From positions 1-21,855 of the forward strand of contig JAOPTW010000007.1 of NCBI GenBank assembly GCA_051532035.1: DNA of 21,855 nt. The letters run 5' to 3'. Below, one piece after another: positions 9,266-17,812 of the stretch. How positions within the stretch are numbered: position 1 is the stretch's first letter; every line of letters begins with the position of its first letter. The translations under genes and the position numbers were made by a program. Source of the DNA: Fibrobacterales bacterium (GTDB lineage Bacteria > Fibrobacterota > Fibrobacteria > Fibrobacterales > JAOPTW01). The notes beneath the pieces were generated by a model. It worked only from the letters and a program-made list of their open reading frames with translations, had not been told where the DNA came from and did not search any database.

Positions 9266-9445
9266 ATGAGATCCAAAAATCAAACAAATTCATTACTATT
9301 TCAATACTATTTCGAAGCCCGGAATTTATGGCTTGAGGCCTATAAGCTTGATAGTACTAATACAGTATTGCTCGATTGGATTGACAATGTAAAAGGGTGT
9401 AGAATGCGAACCACAAACAATTCTCATTCAGAAGTCCAGAACTAA
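9266..9445 (+). CDS. 59-aa hypothetical protein, possibly a decayed cassette ORF
   Basis: Not in the ORF track. MRSKNQ...FEARNLWLEAYKLDSTN...; GAGGG RBS; begins 20 nt after GTTATGA. Confidence 0.4.
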   Translation: MRSKNQTNSLLFQYYFEARNLWLEAYKLDSTNTVLLDWIDNVKGCRMRTTNNSHSEVQN

Positions 9446-9651
9446 GTTGACACACCGCCTTTGAGACAATAGCCCTCTATACTGTTTTTATCACCACACC
9501 CCCAGAAATCACCCAGCCCGCTTCTTCCGTTTCAAATACTGTTTCCTACCATAGTCACTATTAAACTGCTTTCGGATGCTCGGGGCGTTACTAAAGGCGA
9601 TATCGGCCCAGTCACGTATGTCTTTGACGGGGGCTATCAGTAAGGATATTC

Positions 9652-10488
9652 CTAAGAGTATTTTTTCTTAAGGCTTTGGAATTTTTGACGGGAAAGACCG
9701 GTGATCTCTTGAATCAGTTTCCATTCGAGACCTTTGTCGTGCATTTTTAAGGCGTCATTAAAGTGGGCTTTTTCAATACCTTTTTCAATACCTTGTTCAA
9801 CTCCACGTTCCATACCAGCCTGAACGCCCGCGTCATATTTCTCTTGAAATGGTTTACTTAATATGAGCATTTTCACTAATTCCTCAGTTATGCCGAGCTT
9901 TTCAAGTTCAGTCTTGTATTCAAGTATAGATTTTTTTTCTGTAAGAGGGAGGTAGAACTCTGCAAAATCTGCTAGGTATCCAATCTTTTGATATTTAAAC
10001 TCACGGCCTGTTAATATTCGAGCAATCTCTGCTTTAACCCGTGGAATCTCCTCTTTTTTAAAGCCCATTTTTGACATTAAGGCAACTACAATAGGGTTTG
10101 ATGAGTCAATATAATCTCTCCAGTTGAGATTTTTTAGTTTGATAAGCTCGTAGTCAAATCGTATCGTTCGTTTACTGAGAGCTTCTATCTCGAAATAATC
10201 ATCTATAGGTTTTCTCCAGATGTGGTCATCGCTAAAGAGGGCAATAGGGAAGATTGGTTTTTGATGTCTCAGCCACAGCTGTCAATAGTAATTAAACATT
10301 CTTTTGGGAAACCCAGACTCTCTTTTGCTTTGATGCTCAATGTGAATCAGTATATGGCGAATCTCGCCCTTTGTCTTTACCTCTGCAACAATATCGATTT
10401 TTCGTTCATCGCCCTCTCCTGGACCATGATCGGTACTCATTTCTTGTTGTAAAAAGTGAACAGTTCTAAAATCAATCTGTTTAGTGAG
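9652..10488 (-). pseudogene. Rpn-family (PD-(D/E)XK recombination-promoting nuclease / putative transposase) pseudogene
   Basis: The frame of 9652..10077 extends upstream as IDFRTVHFLQQE...RKIDIVAEV...ILIHIEHQS...FPKRMFNYY*QLW...PIFPIALF. In-frame TGA at 10282-10284; N-terminus missing; C-terminal G(I/V)E(K/Q)G repeats and ITGLS tail. Confidence 0.85.
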
Positions 10489-10517
10489 ACAGGGTCACAT
10501 CTCAAAACCTTTGTTTC

Positions 10518-10563
10518 GAGATCTATACTTCATAATTCGTTTGAGTTATGGAGTATAGATCTC
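10518..10563 (+). terminator. 21-bp-stem hairpin
   Basis: GAGATCTATACTTCATAATTC-GTTT-GAGTTATGGAGTATAGATCTC followed by ATTTTTT. Confidence 0.6.
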
Positions 10564-10627
10564 ATTTTTTATCAAAACAAGTTTGGTTGGTTAAAAAAAT
10601 GTCATTGTAAACCGGATTTGGCAGTAA

Positions 10628-11674
10628 CTATTGAAAGAGTTTTTTCGTGCGCAATCTGCGGCTCGGCGCCTTTTTGTAAGCAACATCACTTTGTTCACAC
10701 ATATCAACCTCAGGGTAAGCCATACAAAATTCACTACATTTCCATTCTTCACCTTCGTCAGGATAATCCGTACAGTATTCAACCATAAGATCAATATAAC
10801 AATCTTCAAAAGAACTATCTGAACTGCATGATCGAGCTACACGTTGATCATAAGTATTAACCTCAGTATTTGAACAGTTGTGTCCTTTATAGGCATACGT
10901 TTTAGTGTCATTCGAATAAGTGTCATGTACTGATATGGATGTTGTGGTAGTAAATCCGTTTGTAACATTTTTCCAGCTATTACAGTTTATTTTTTCACTA
11001 TTTTCATTAGATAAAAAATCATCATAAATACAGTTAAACTCTTTTTTGACTTTCGTTGTTAGCGTATTATCTGTAATTATAAGAAGCTTTGTCTCTTTTA
11101 CTGTTTTAAGCATTTCATAGATTAAATCTTCTTTGCACCATTGATTATCAGCATCTAATACTACACTTGCGAGCGAATCATATGACCATTCGCCAACAAT
11201 AGTACTATTGTCACCATGATACATGTAACTGCCACAACTCCATGTATCCCATGTAAGTACATTGGTATCTATGGAATAGTTTGCAGATGTGTTATAATCG
11301 TCATTTTGTTCTCTACCATCGATACAATAAGCAAATGTTTCATTGTACCTAACTTCGGTATCCGAAATTGATTCAATTGAGTATTCTTCGATAAATTCAA
11401 AGCTGTGTGCATAGGGCACATTTTTAACAACAGTTTCTAGTTTTTTTTGTGTCTTTGCTAATTCTTCTTCAGCTTCTTGGCATTTGTCCGAAGAACAATC
11501 TTCGTCAGACTCTATAGCTTCTTGATATTCTTTAAGCGCTTCTGAATAGTCGGTTTTTGCTTCAGTTACTTCGGAAGGTGATTGAGAGTTGTCGTTTCCT
11601 TCATCATCTTCAACGATACATGAAGAGAGGGTGAGATACAGAGTTATTGAGAGTATGGATAGTAGAAGTTTCAT
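10628..11674 (-). CDS. Acidic Cys-rich lipoprotein of unknown function
   Basis: Lipobox LSS-C; AGGA RBS; short coiled-coil-like segment; basic C-terminal tail. Confidence 0.88.
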   Translation of the reverse strand: MKLLLSILSITLYLTLSSCIVEDDEGNDNSQSPSEVTEAKTDYSEALKEYQEAIESDEDCSSDKCQEAEEELAKTQKKLETVVKNVPYAHSFEFIEEYSIESISDTEVRYNETFAYCIDGREQNDDYNTSANYSIDTNVLTWDTWSCGSYMYHGDNSTIVGEWSYDSLASVVLDADNQWCKEDLIYEMLKTVKETKLLIITDNTLTTKVKKEFNCIYDDFLSNENSEKINCNSWKNVTNGFTTTTSISVHDTYSNDTKTYAYKGHNCSNTEVNTYDQRVARSCSSDSSFEDCYIDLMVEYCTDYPDEGEEWKCSEFCMAYPEVDMCEQSDVAYKKAPSRRLRTKKLFQ

Positions 11675-11834
11675 TGATATTCCTTAGGGGTGAATTTAAG
11701 CTCTAATCGTATGTGTTGAGATAGTAAAGAGCGTTGTTTTGTTTGTGCGGAAAATATAGCTTTTAACAGACTATAGTTAAGTACCGGATGTAATAGTTTC
11801 CTATGAATTAACCAGTATTTTAGATGCTGTTGCG

Positions 11835-12071
11835 ATTCTTAAGGCGCGGGTGCTGATTGATTTTGCGGTCTTTACCTTTGCTCAAAGCTCTGGAATTGAT
11901 GATGCAGTCACTATCTTTGGATCGTTTAATTACACGGAGCCGGCTAACAGGACTAATGATGAGAATATTGTTATTGTGGGGGATGTGTTTGAGGATAATG
12001 CTGTTGCACGGTTTAGGCAGGGGGAGATTGCGTTGGATTGTCGACGGGAGATTGAACGGTTTAATTCGTAA
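11835..12071 (+). pseudogene. Phospholipase D-like domain remnant with an internal deletion
   Basis: ILKAR..IDFAVFTFAQSSGIDD is joined directly to VTIFGSFNYTEPANRTNDENIVIV; the HxK motif is absent; no convincing N-terminus. Confidence 0.8.
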
Positions 12072-12104
12072 GGGGTATCCGGTTAGTCTCTTTGTATTGA
12101 TGTT

Positions 12105-12136
12105 AAGCACCTGTCCTTTGGGATAGGTGCTTTTTT
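12105..12136 (+). terminator. Intrinsic terminator after the PLD remnant
   Basis: AAGCACCTGTCC-TTTG-GGATAGGTGCTTTTTT. Confidence 0.8.
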
Positions 12137-12297
12137 GTTGGGGTGAATGTTCATTCAGGTGTTGAGAACTTCTCGATAATAAATGAGTGCCTTCTGAATT
12201 CAGGTATAACTATTACTTTGGTGTTTAATACTTTTCTCCTGATTGCTATATTTTATACTCATTGTGTTTGGGAACTTATGGGTGCTATAAAATTATT

Positions 12298-12825
12298 ATG
12301 TGTAGATCTGGAATAATTTCATATTCATGTGCTATTCTGCTTCTGCTTTTGGTAAGTGGGTGTACTGTCAATCTATCAAAAGAAGAGATCGCTGCTCCTG
12401 AGTTTCCTGAGTCGGCATGCTTAAAGTATGAAAAAAATATTGGTGAATATGATGATAAACCCATTGAATATGTGGTTGCCTTAAATGAAAATAACACCTT
12501 TGATGAAATTCTCTTTGTACGTGATGATGAAGTACTCAGTCCCCTCGTTTGGAGCAAGGGTGATTGGGAGCATGATAAGTGGAGTATTGTTCTTATTGAT
12601 TCTGATCGAAAGATTAGTAGTAACAGTGATATAGATGATGATGATGATTTGGAATATTTGGAAAAGCAGTTAAAAATTTTGAGAGAAAATAGGGTACTAC
12701 AGATTACTCGGTCATACATGAGCATGGGTGATGAGGTAATTTACTTTAAAGATTTTGATAGAGTGAGTACCTATGATGATACTGCGAACAGTAGGGTCTG
12801 CCTATTGTTGAAGGGGGCTCTATGA
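12298..12825 (+). CDS. Lipoprotein of unknown function
   Basis: LLLLLVSG-C lipobox from ATG 12298; its stop overlaps the next start (ATGA). Confidence 0.8.
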   Translation: MCRSGIISYSCAILLLLLVSGCTVNLSKEEIAAPEFPESACLKYEKNIGEYDDKPIEYVVALNENNTFDEILFVRDDEVLSPLVWSKGDWEHDKWSIVLIDSDRKISSNSDIDDDDDLEYLEKQLKILRENRVLQITRSYMSMGDEVIYFKDFDRVSTYDDTANSRVCLLLKGAL

Positions 12826-13628
12826 AGATAATGCTCGTACTCTTATTATTGTTTTTTTCAATGTGTAACGCCGATGAAGAACAGGAACGGGTAAACCATT
12901 CGTCAGTGGGGGTCTTACCAACAGCCCATTTAAATCAAGCTGATGCAATAGAACTTAAGAATGTATATTTCTTTTATACTACTCTGAGCTATACCTATTC
13001 AGACCTGTTTTCCGTAACCTTAGGGACGACACATTTTTTTATTGCAGGACTTATTTCAGATATGAGTGACACCTATGAAAGGGTGTTTCATGGAAATAGT
13101 GATTTATATACTATAGGTGCAAAAATTCCTCTTATATCTTTTGATTGGTATGATGCTCAATTATCAATTGGTGGTTTATATGCTTATAGTGAGCCAATTA
13201 ATAATTTTATAATGTATGATGAAGAGTATGTTCAAGATAAACACCAATACATGATTGATGGGATTCTATCAGTACATCCTTCAAACGCTCTTTCGATTCA
13301 TGGAAATGTTGCGTTTTCTTGGCCTTTTACCTATAAGGATGCAACTGAAAGAGAAGGGGGTGAATATGGTGACCGGTATAATAAATACACCAAAAAAGAT
13401 GGGCAGTTATCTATAGCTCTCTCTGGCTATTGGAGTAGAAATGCGTCACTCGATTTTTATGGAACCCTAACACGAAACAATTTTATCTATGAGTATGAAG
13501 TTTTTAATAGCTCACTAGGATTACGGTGGTTGTTCTGGGATAGTTATCTGGACGTTGAACTTGTTTACTCATTGATTGCAGAAAGTTATTTCCCAATACC
13601 AATTGTTTCATTAACGACACATTTTTAA
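12822..13628 (+). CDS. Probable outer-membrane beta-barrel protein
   Basis: Signal peptide; aromatic amphipathic strands; terminal Phe; GGGGG RBS; translationally coupled to the upstream lipoprotein. Confidence 0.75.
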   Translation: MKIMLVLLLLFFSMCNADEEQERVNHSSVGVLPTAHLNQADAIELKNVYFFYTTLSYTYSDLFSVTLGTTHFFIAGLISDMSDTYERVFHGNSDLYTIGAKIPLISFDWYDAQLSIGGLYAYSEPINNFIMYDEEYVQDKHQYMIDGILSVHPSNALSIHGNVAFSWPFTYKDATEREGGEYGDRYNKYTKKDGQLSIALSGYWSRNASLDFYGTLTRNNFIYEYEVFNSSLGLRWLFWDSYLDVELVYSLIAESYFPIPIVSLTTHF

Positions 13629-13648
13629 ATATTATTAAAGATGTATAC

Positions 13649-14197
13649 TTACTCTGACCATTTGGGGATAATGACCCCAATAGTGAGTGAAACCATTTTG
13701 ACAGAGTTTTTGAAATCTAATAGTTTTGGGTTCATGATAAAGTACGTTGAGGAAAAGATAAAACGTCTCCACATAATACCCCCTTTGATTTGATATCCCC
13801 ATCCAGTCTCAAACCGTATTTTACTATAGGGTTGGAATGCTCTGAACCAAACCCGTCCAAAGCCAACCTGAAGAAATACGGGAGTAATGGGTGATTTGAA
13901 GTTTTTGCGTAATACTCCAATGGTATGGGATATGGCAAAATCACCGGTAAAAGTTGGTTCTTCATTTTGAGGATCGTGAAGTCTTGTATACTGAATGTCT
14001 AATCCGTACAGAACTGTTGCGGTACGCTTGGTAACCAGAGACGCTGACAGAGTGTGTCCGACATCCATCTGTTCGGATCCTTCCCCTGTAGGGATGGTAA
14101 TACCTGCATCCATGTCAAATACCCACAGTCGTTTTCCGTAGTTGTTTGCCCAGAGGCTAGAAAAGGTGATGATAATTACTAGAAATAGTTTGTACAT
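13649..14197 (-). CDS. Small outer-membrane beta-barrel protein (OmpA-TM-like)
   Basis: Signal peptide MYKLFLVIIITFSSLWA at ATG 14197; strands such as PVFLQVGFG and GWGYQIKGG. Confidence 0.75.
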   Translation of the reverse strand: MYKLFLVIIITFSSLWANNYGKRLWVFDMDAGITIPTGEGSEQMDVGHTLSASLVTKRTATVLYGLDIQYTRLHDPQNEEPTFTGDFAISHTIGVLRKNFKSPITPVFLQVGFGRVWFRAFQPYSKIRFETGWGYQIKGGIMWRRFIFSSTYFIMNPKLLDFKNSVKMVSLTIGVIIPKWSE

Positions 14198-14295
14198 AGA
14201 AATAATTGAGGGGTGTTTTGTGTAAACATAGTTTGATTTTAAGTTATTCTCAAGAGATGTTTTGGGGAGTTGAGTTCCATGAGGCTCTGGCATTT

Positions 14296-14365
14296 TATAG
14301 TGGCTGAACATATGAGACAACCGAAACAGATATTATTATTAGGTATCAAGCATACTTACGGACAT
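14296..14365 (+). repeat. Repeat module C, copy 2
   Basis: 57/70 match to 162-231. Confidence 0.9.
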
Positions 14366-14455
14366 TTTGACCTGAGACAAGAGGGGGGCGGGGATTAGCC
14401 GTTGCTGAACACGCGAATAATGTGTATATTGGTGCAAATTTTCTCTTAAATCTTT

Positions 14456-15640
14456 ATGAATATACCACTTCTTCTCATCGCTTTTATATGCTTCTCCTCG
14501 GTACTCTACGCACAAGAAAAGAGTTCGTACTTACTGACTCATCGATCAACTCCCCGGAGCATGGCCCATGGAGATGCTGGCATAACGACACAGGGATCAG
14601 CCAATACATTTATACAAAATGCTGCTTTGAGCCTAGATGAGCTCACTACAGGTTCTCAATTGAGTGCAACGTATGCTTCGGTTGGCCACGATTATACTCA
14701 GAAGGCACTGGTATATCGTTTTCCGCTTTTTAAGAAGGAATTGGCTGTCGGTATCCTTTATCAGCACTATGAAAATATGCGCAATACAACAGGGGCATTG
14801 CTCAATTCCCTAGAAGAGTCTCAATACTCATTAAATATGGCGTTTGCATATAGTTCGTCCGTACAATTTGGAGTAACCATTCATAGTGGTGAATTGACAA
14901 GTACGTTTTCTCGTGCGGTATGGCAACCGAATGCCCAGTTAGATACAAACACCAATTCTGCTAAGCATGAGTATATTCGCTTAGATGTGGGTGCGCTCTA
15001 TCGCAAAAATCTTATTCCAGACAGGGTTGAGTTAGTCACTGGAGTAGTGATTAATGACCTCTATTATAGAATGACCGTACCTTCGAGTAGTTCCATGGGT
15101 TCTATTTTTCAAACGGAAAACGGTGCTCCATCGGTTCTTAATTCATTTTTTAAAGAAATCGGTGCGGGTATATCCCTACAGGGGGACTTAGGCATGTGGC
15201 TCTCAGGGGATATCACTATCAACCTTCTAACGTATTTAGAGCTTGGGAATAATACGGATAATAAGGGGACGGGTGACTCTAGGTATACTGAAGAATCAAA
15301 AGGATCTACGATTCATTCAAGATTAGGAATAAGGGCAACGGTGTTATCTATACTTGAAGGTTCAGTAGGGCCAAATTCTTATGGTTGGGGAGTTACCCTT
15401 AATTCAGATACAATCTCTGAACTGTATAGGCGAATCACACAAAATCGATCGTTGTTGCATCCCATAACTCATTCAGAAACAACATCACAGTGGAGTGTGC
15501 TCCTCCGCTATTTTAATGCTCAAAAAGTTGTTGAAGAAGTTTATGTTGCAATGGATGAAGATGGGAGGGTTTCTAATAAAGAGTACCAGAATACTATTAA
15601 AGGGTATCAGTTAGATGTTCTTGTGGGGTATCGGTTTTAA
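14456..15640 (+). CDS. PorV/PorQ-like (FadL-fold) outer-membrane protein, divergent
   Basis: Signal peptide; plug motif TPRSMAHGDAG...ANTFIQNAA resembles RxxxMGxA...xxNPA; LDVGALYR; ends in VGYRF. Confidence 0.7.
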   Translation: MNIPLLLIAFICFSSVLYAQEKSSYLLTHRSTPRSMAHGDAGITTQGSANTFIQNAALSLDELTTGSQLSATYASVGHDYTQKALVYRFPLFKKELAVGILYQHYENMRNTTGALLNSLEESQYSLNMAFAYSSSVQFGVTIHSGELTSTFSRAVWQPNAQLDTNTNSAKHEYIRLDVGALYRKNLIPDRVELVTGVVINDLYYRMTVPSSSSMGSIFQTENGAPSVLNSFFKEIGAGISLQGDLGMWLSGDITINLLTYLELGNNTDNKGTGDSRYTEESKGSTIHSRLGIRATVLSILEGSVGPNSYGWGVTLNSDTISELYRRITQNRSLLHPITHSETTSQWSVLLRYFNAQKVVEEVYVAMDEDGRVSNKEYQNTIKGYQLDVLVGYRF

Positions 15641-15670
15641 TGGCTGTTTATGGACCACACATTTTTTACG

Positions 15671-15729
15671 AAAATTCAAATCTGTAGCCACACTCTAATA
15701 CTTGGTTCATTACTTCGATTTTGAATTTT
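15671..15729. terminator. Imperfect inverted repeat between convergent genes
   Basis: AAAATTCAAATC...GATTTTGAATTTT. Confidence 0.35.
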
Positions 15730-15840
15730 TCTTGATAATGTTTCATAGACTCCTCTGCCCTAAATATAGGTATTTGATTTGTCTAGTAAAGCGGGGTCAT
15801 TTCAGGGGGATTGTTGATGTTTTGGTGAGAAGGTACGTTA

Positions 15841-17139
15841 CTACCACCTAATACACGGAGCAGGGATATCAATTTTCATACGCAGTGGTGCGCTACTTCT
15901 TTTAGCAAAGAAAATCCTGATTTCATTATATTCAGCGTAGCTCATTGTATAATTATTTTTTAGTTCATGAATGTTGAGAGTGATTTCGCTATATTCCCCT
16001 GATCCACCGAGATCGGCAATTAAATCTTGATTAAAAAAGACAAACATATCACCCGATGAACCAAAGGTGAGTTCAGGATAAAAATCATCTTTATTTATTG
16101 CGTATCTTAGATCTCCTACATAATACTCTGTTGGGGCATTCTCTGAAATAGCAAGAGGGTTTTCATCTATAGTACCAAAATAGGTATCCATTTTTATAGA
16201 TACAGGTACCTTCTGACTTTCGTAGGGGGATTTTCTCCACCACTCTCCTATATGCATATTCTGTTGTTTGTCCTCATTAAATTCTGGTTCACCAACAAAT
16301 TTATTGATTTGTTCACTTACCATCCCCGTTACTTTTCCTAAACTATCCGGTATACCAAAATCAGAATGCGAACTATCATAATAGTGTAGTGTTAGAGAAT
16401 ACGTCTCTGGTAATGTGTAGTCACAAAAACAACCTGCAACTTCAGTAGTATTTGAGGCTACTTTGAACATTCCTGTAGGTGCAGTAGAACCAAAGCATCC
16501 ACCGCCTCCAGCACCACCGCTACCAAGACCACTATTGCCAGGCATAAACTTCGATTCGTCTATCCCGTCGCACTCTTCAAATATTTTGCAATCACGGTCA
16601 GCACAGTCAGCATAGCCATCTCCATCATCATCCAGGCCATTTTGGCACAGTTCGAGTGTATGCTCGCCACAGTCTGAAAAAATGAAGCAATCTGTGTCAT
16701 CACAATCAACCAGGTTGTCAAAATCATTGTCTATTCCGTCAAGGCACTCTTCAATTGAATGTTCCCCAGAAGATGAGAGTGTACCGCTACTTGAGGAATT
16801 AATTTGAGGATCTTCTGTTGTAGTAACGCTTCCTGTAACAGTGTCTACAGTGCTACTCGATGCACTGTTTGCTTCTATTGCATCACCGTTACTTTCTGTG
16901 TCAAAATCAGAGCGTGACTCTTTGACTTTTTGAATATCTGAAGATTCGCTCTGTTGCTCTTCACCTTCGAAAGAGTAATGAGCATGTGAATCTCTATCTT
17001 CCGATGATGATTCTGATGAAGATTCCTTTACAACGGAACCATGAGAATGTGTTTCTGTTACTTCATTAGATGATGTGCCCGTGGCGAAGCAGCCAAACAA
17101 TACAACAGACACTAATAATAGATATGGTAATATTTTCAT
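15841..17139 (-). CDS. Lipoprotein with a Ser-rich linker, 2 Cys/Asp repeats and a degenerate fibro-slime domain
   Basis: Lipobox LFG-C; GAGGG RBS; CLDGIDNDFDNLVDCDDTDC-type repeats; GMV...P...WW; FGSSGDMFVFFNQDLIADLGG; IFFAKR. Confidence 0.85.
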   Translation of the reverse strand: MKILPYLLLVSVVLFGCFATGTSSNEVTETHSHGSVVKESSSESSSEDRDSHAHYSFEGEEQQSESSDIQKVKESRSDFDTESNGDAIEANSASSSTVDTVTGSVTTTEDPQINSSSSGTLSSSGEHSIEECLDGIDNDFDNLVDCDDTDCFIFSDCGEHTLELCQNGLDDDGDGYADCADRDCKIFEECDGIDESKFMPGNSGLGSGGAGGGGCFGSTAPTGMFKVASNTTEVAGCFCDYTLPETYSLTLHYYDSSHSDFGIPDSLGKVTGMVSEQINKFVGEPEFNEDKQQNMHIGEWWRKSPYESQKVPVSIKMDTYFGTIDENPLAISENAPTEYYVGDLRYAINKDDFYPELTFGSSGDMFVFFNQDLIADLGGSGEYSEITLNIHELKNNYTMSYAEYNEIRIFFAKRSSAPLRMKIDIPAPCIRW

Positions 17140-17311
17140 AAGCCCTCTTTGTTGTAAGCATAAATGTAAATCCTCGCCCTTGTTTCATCAAGTACTTACA
17201 ATGTGTAGTAGACCCGGAGAGCTATCTCAAATAATATCATTGTTTGGGTAACATACTCTCAATTCTATTCGTCTAACTTGCAGAGAACACATTAAACCAG
17301 CAGAAATACCT

Positions 17312-17542
17312 ATGAAAACCGCCTATACTAATACCGAAGAGCCTATGTTAAGCCCATTAAGTACCTATGAAATGAGTCATTTTGAATCGTATAATAAAAG
17401 ATGTCCGGATACATGTTGCGTCGTTGAGGAACCGGAGAGGGTGAAGTATAGTAGGAGTTTTGACGAGTTTATGGTGGACTGCCTAGTCCGGGTAATAATG
17501 ATCGCTCGAGTCGAGGCAAGGCGATTGATGAATCCGGTTTAA
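17312..17542 (+). CDS. Small hypothetical protein
   Basis: 76-aa ATG ORF in an otherwise empty gap; weak RBS; no recognisable motif. Confidence 0.4.
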   Translation: MKTAYTNTEEPMLSPLSTYEMSHFESYNKRCPDTCCVVEEPERVKYSRSFDEFMVDCLVRVIMIARVEARRLMNPV

Positions 17543-17812
17543 AAGAGGATGTCAGGTTGTTTGTGTAAATGATCATACTTATAGTACTAAGGTCTCTCTC
17601 CCGATTTTGGGGCGGTAAGGGCTTGTAAGTGCTACCCCAATCTCCGTCTCCGTTATAAACCAATCACCCATACATAGAGATAATCACTGAATTCAGGTAT
17701 TGTAAGGTGATTACATATTACTACGTTATCATGTGTTGATCTGATTTTACTATACCATCCGCATAACAAGTGAGCGTAATGAATATTAACCAGTCCTTTT
17801 TGGGAGGCCTCT

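Noticed and set aside
7971..10284. Stop-codon recoding to explain the in-frame TAG (7971) and TGA (10282)
   Set aside because: Intact genes here end normally in TAG, TGA and TAA, and both interrupted genes are also truncated.
14198..14320. N-terminal extension of the 13649 barrel ORF (likewise starts at 8252, 12262 and 20362)
   Set aside because: Downstream ATGs give proper signal peptides; the 14320 and 8252 extensions run through non-coding repeat modules.
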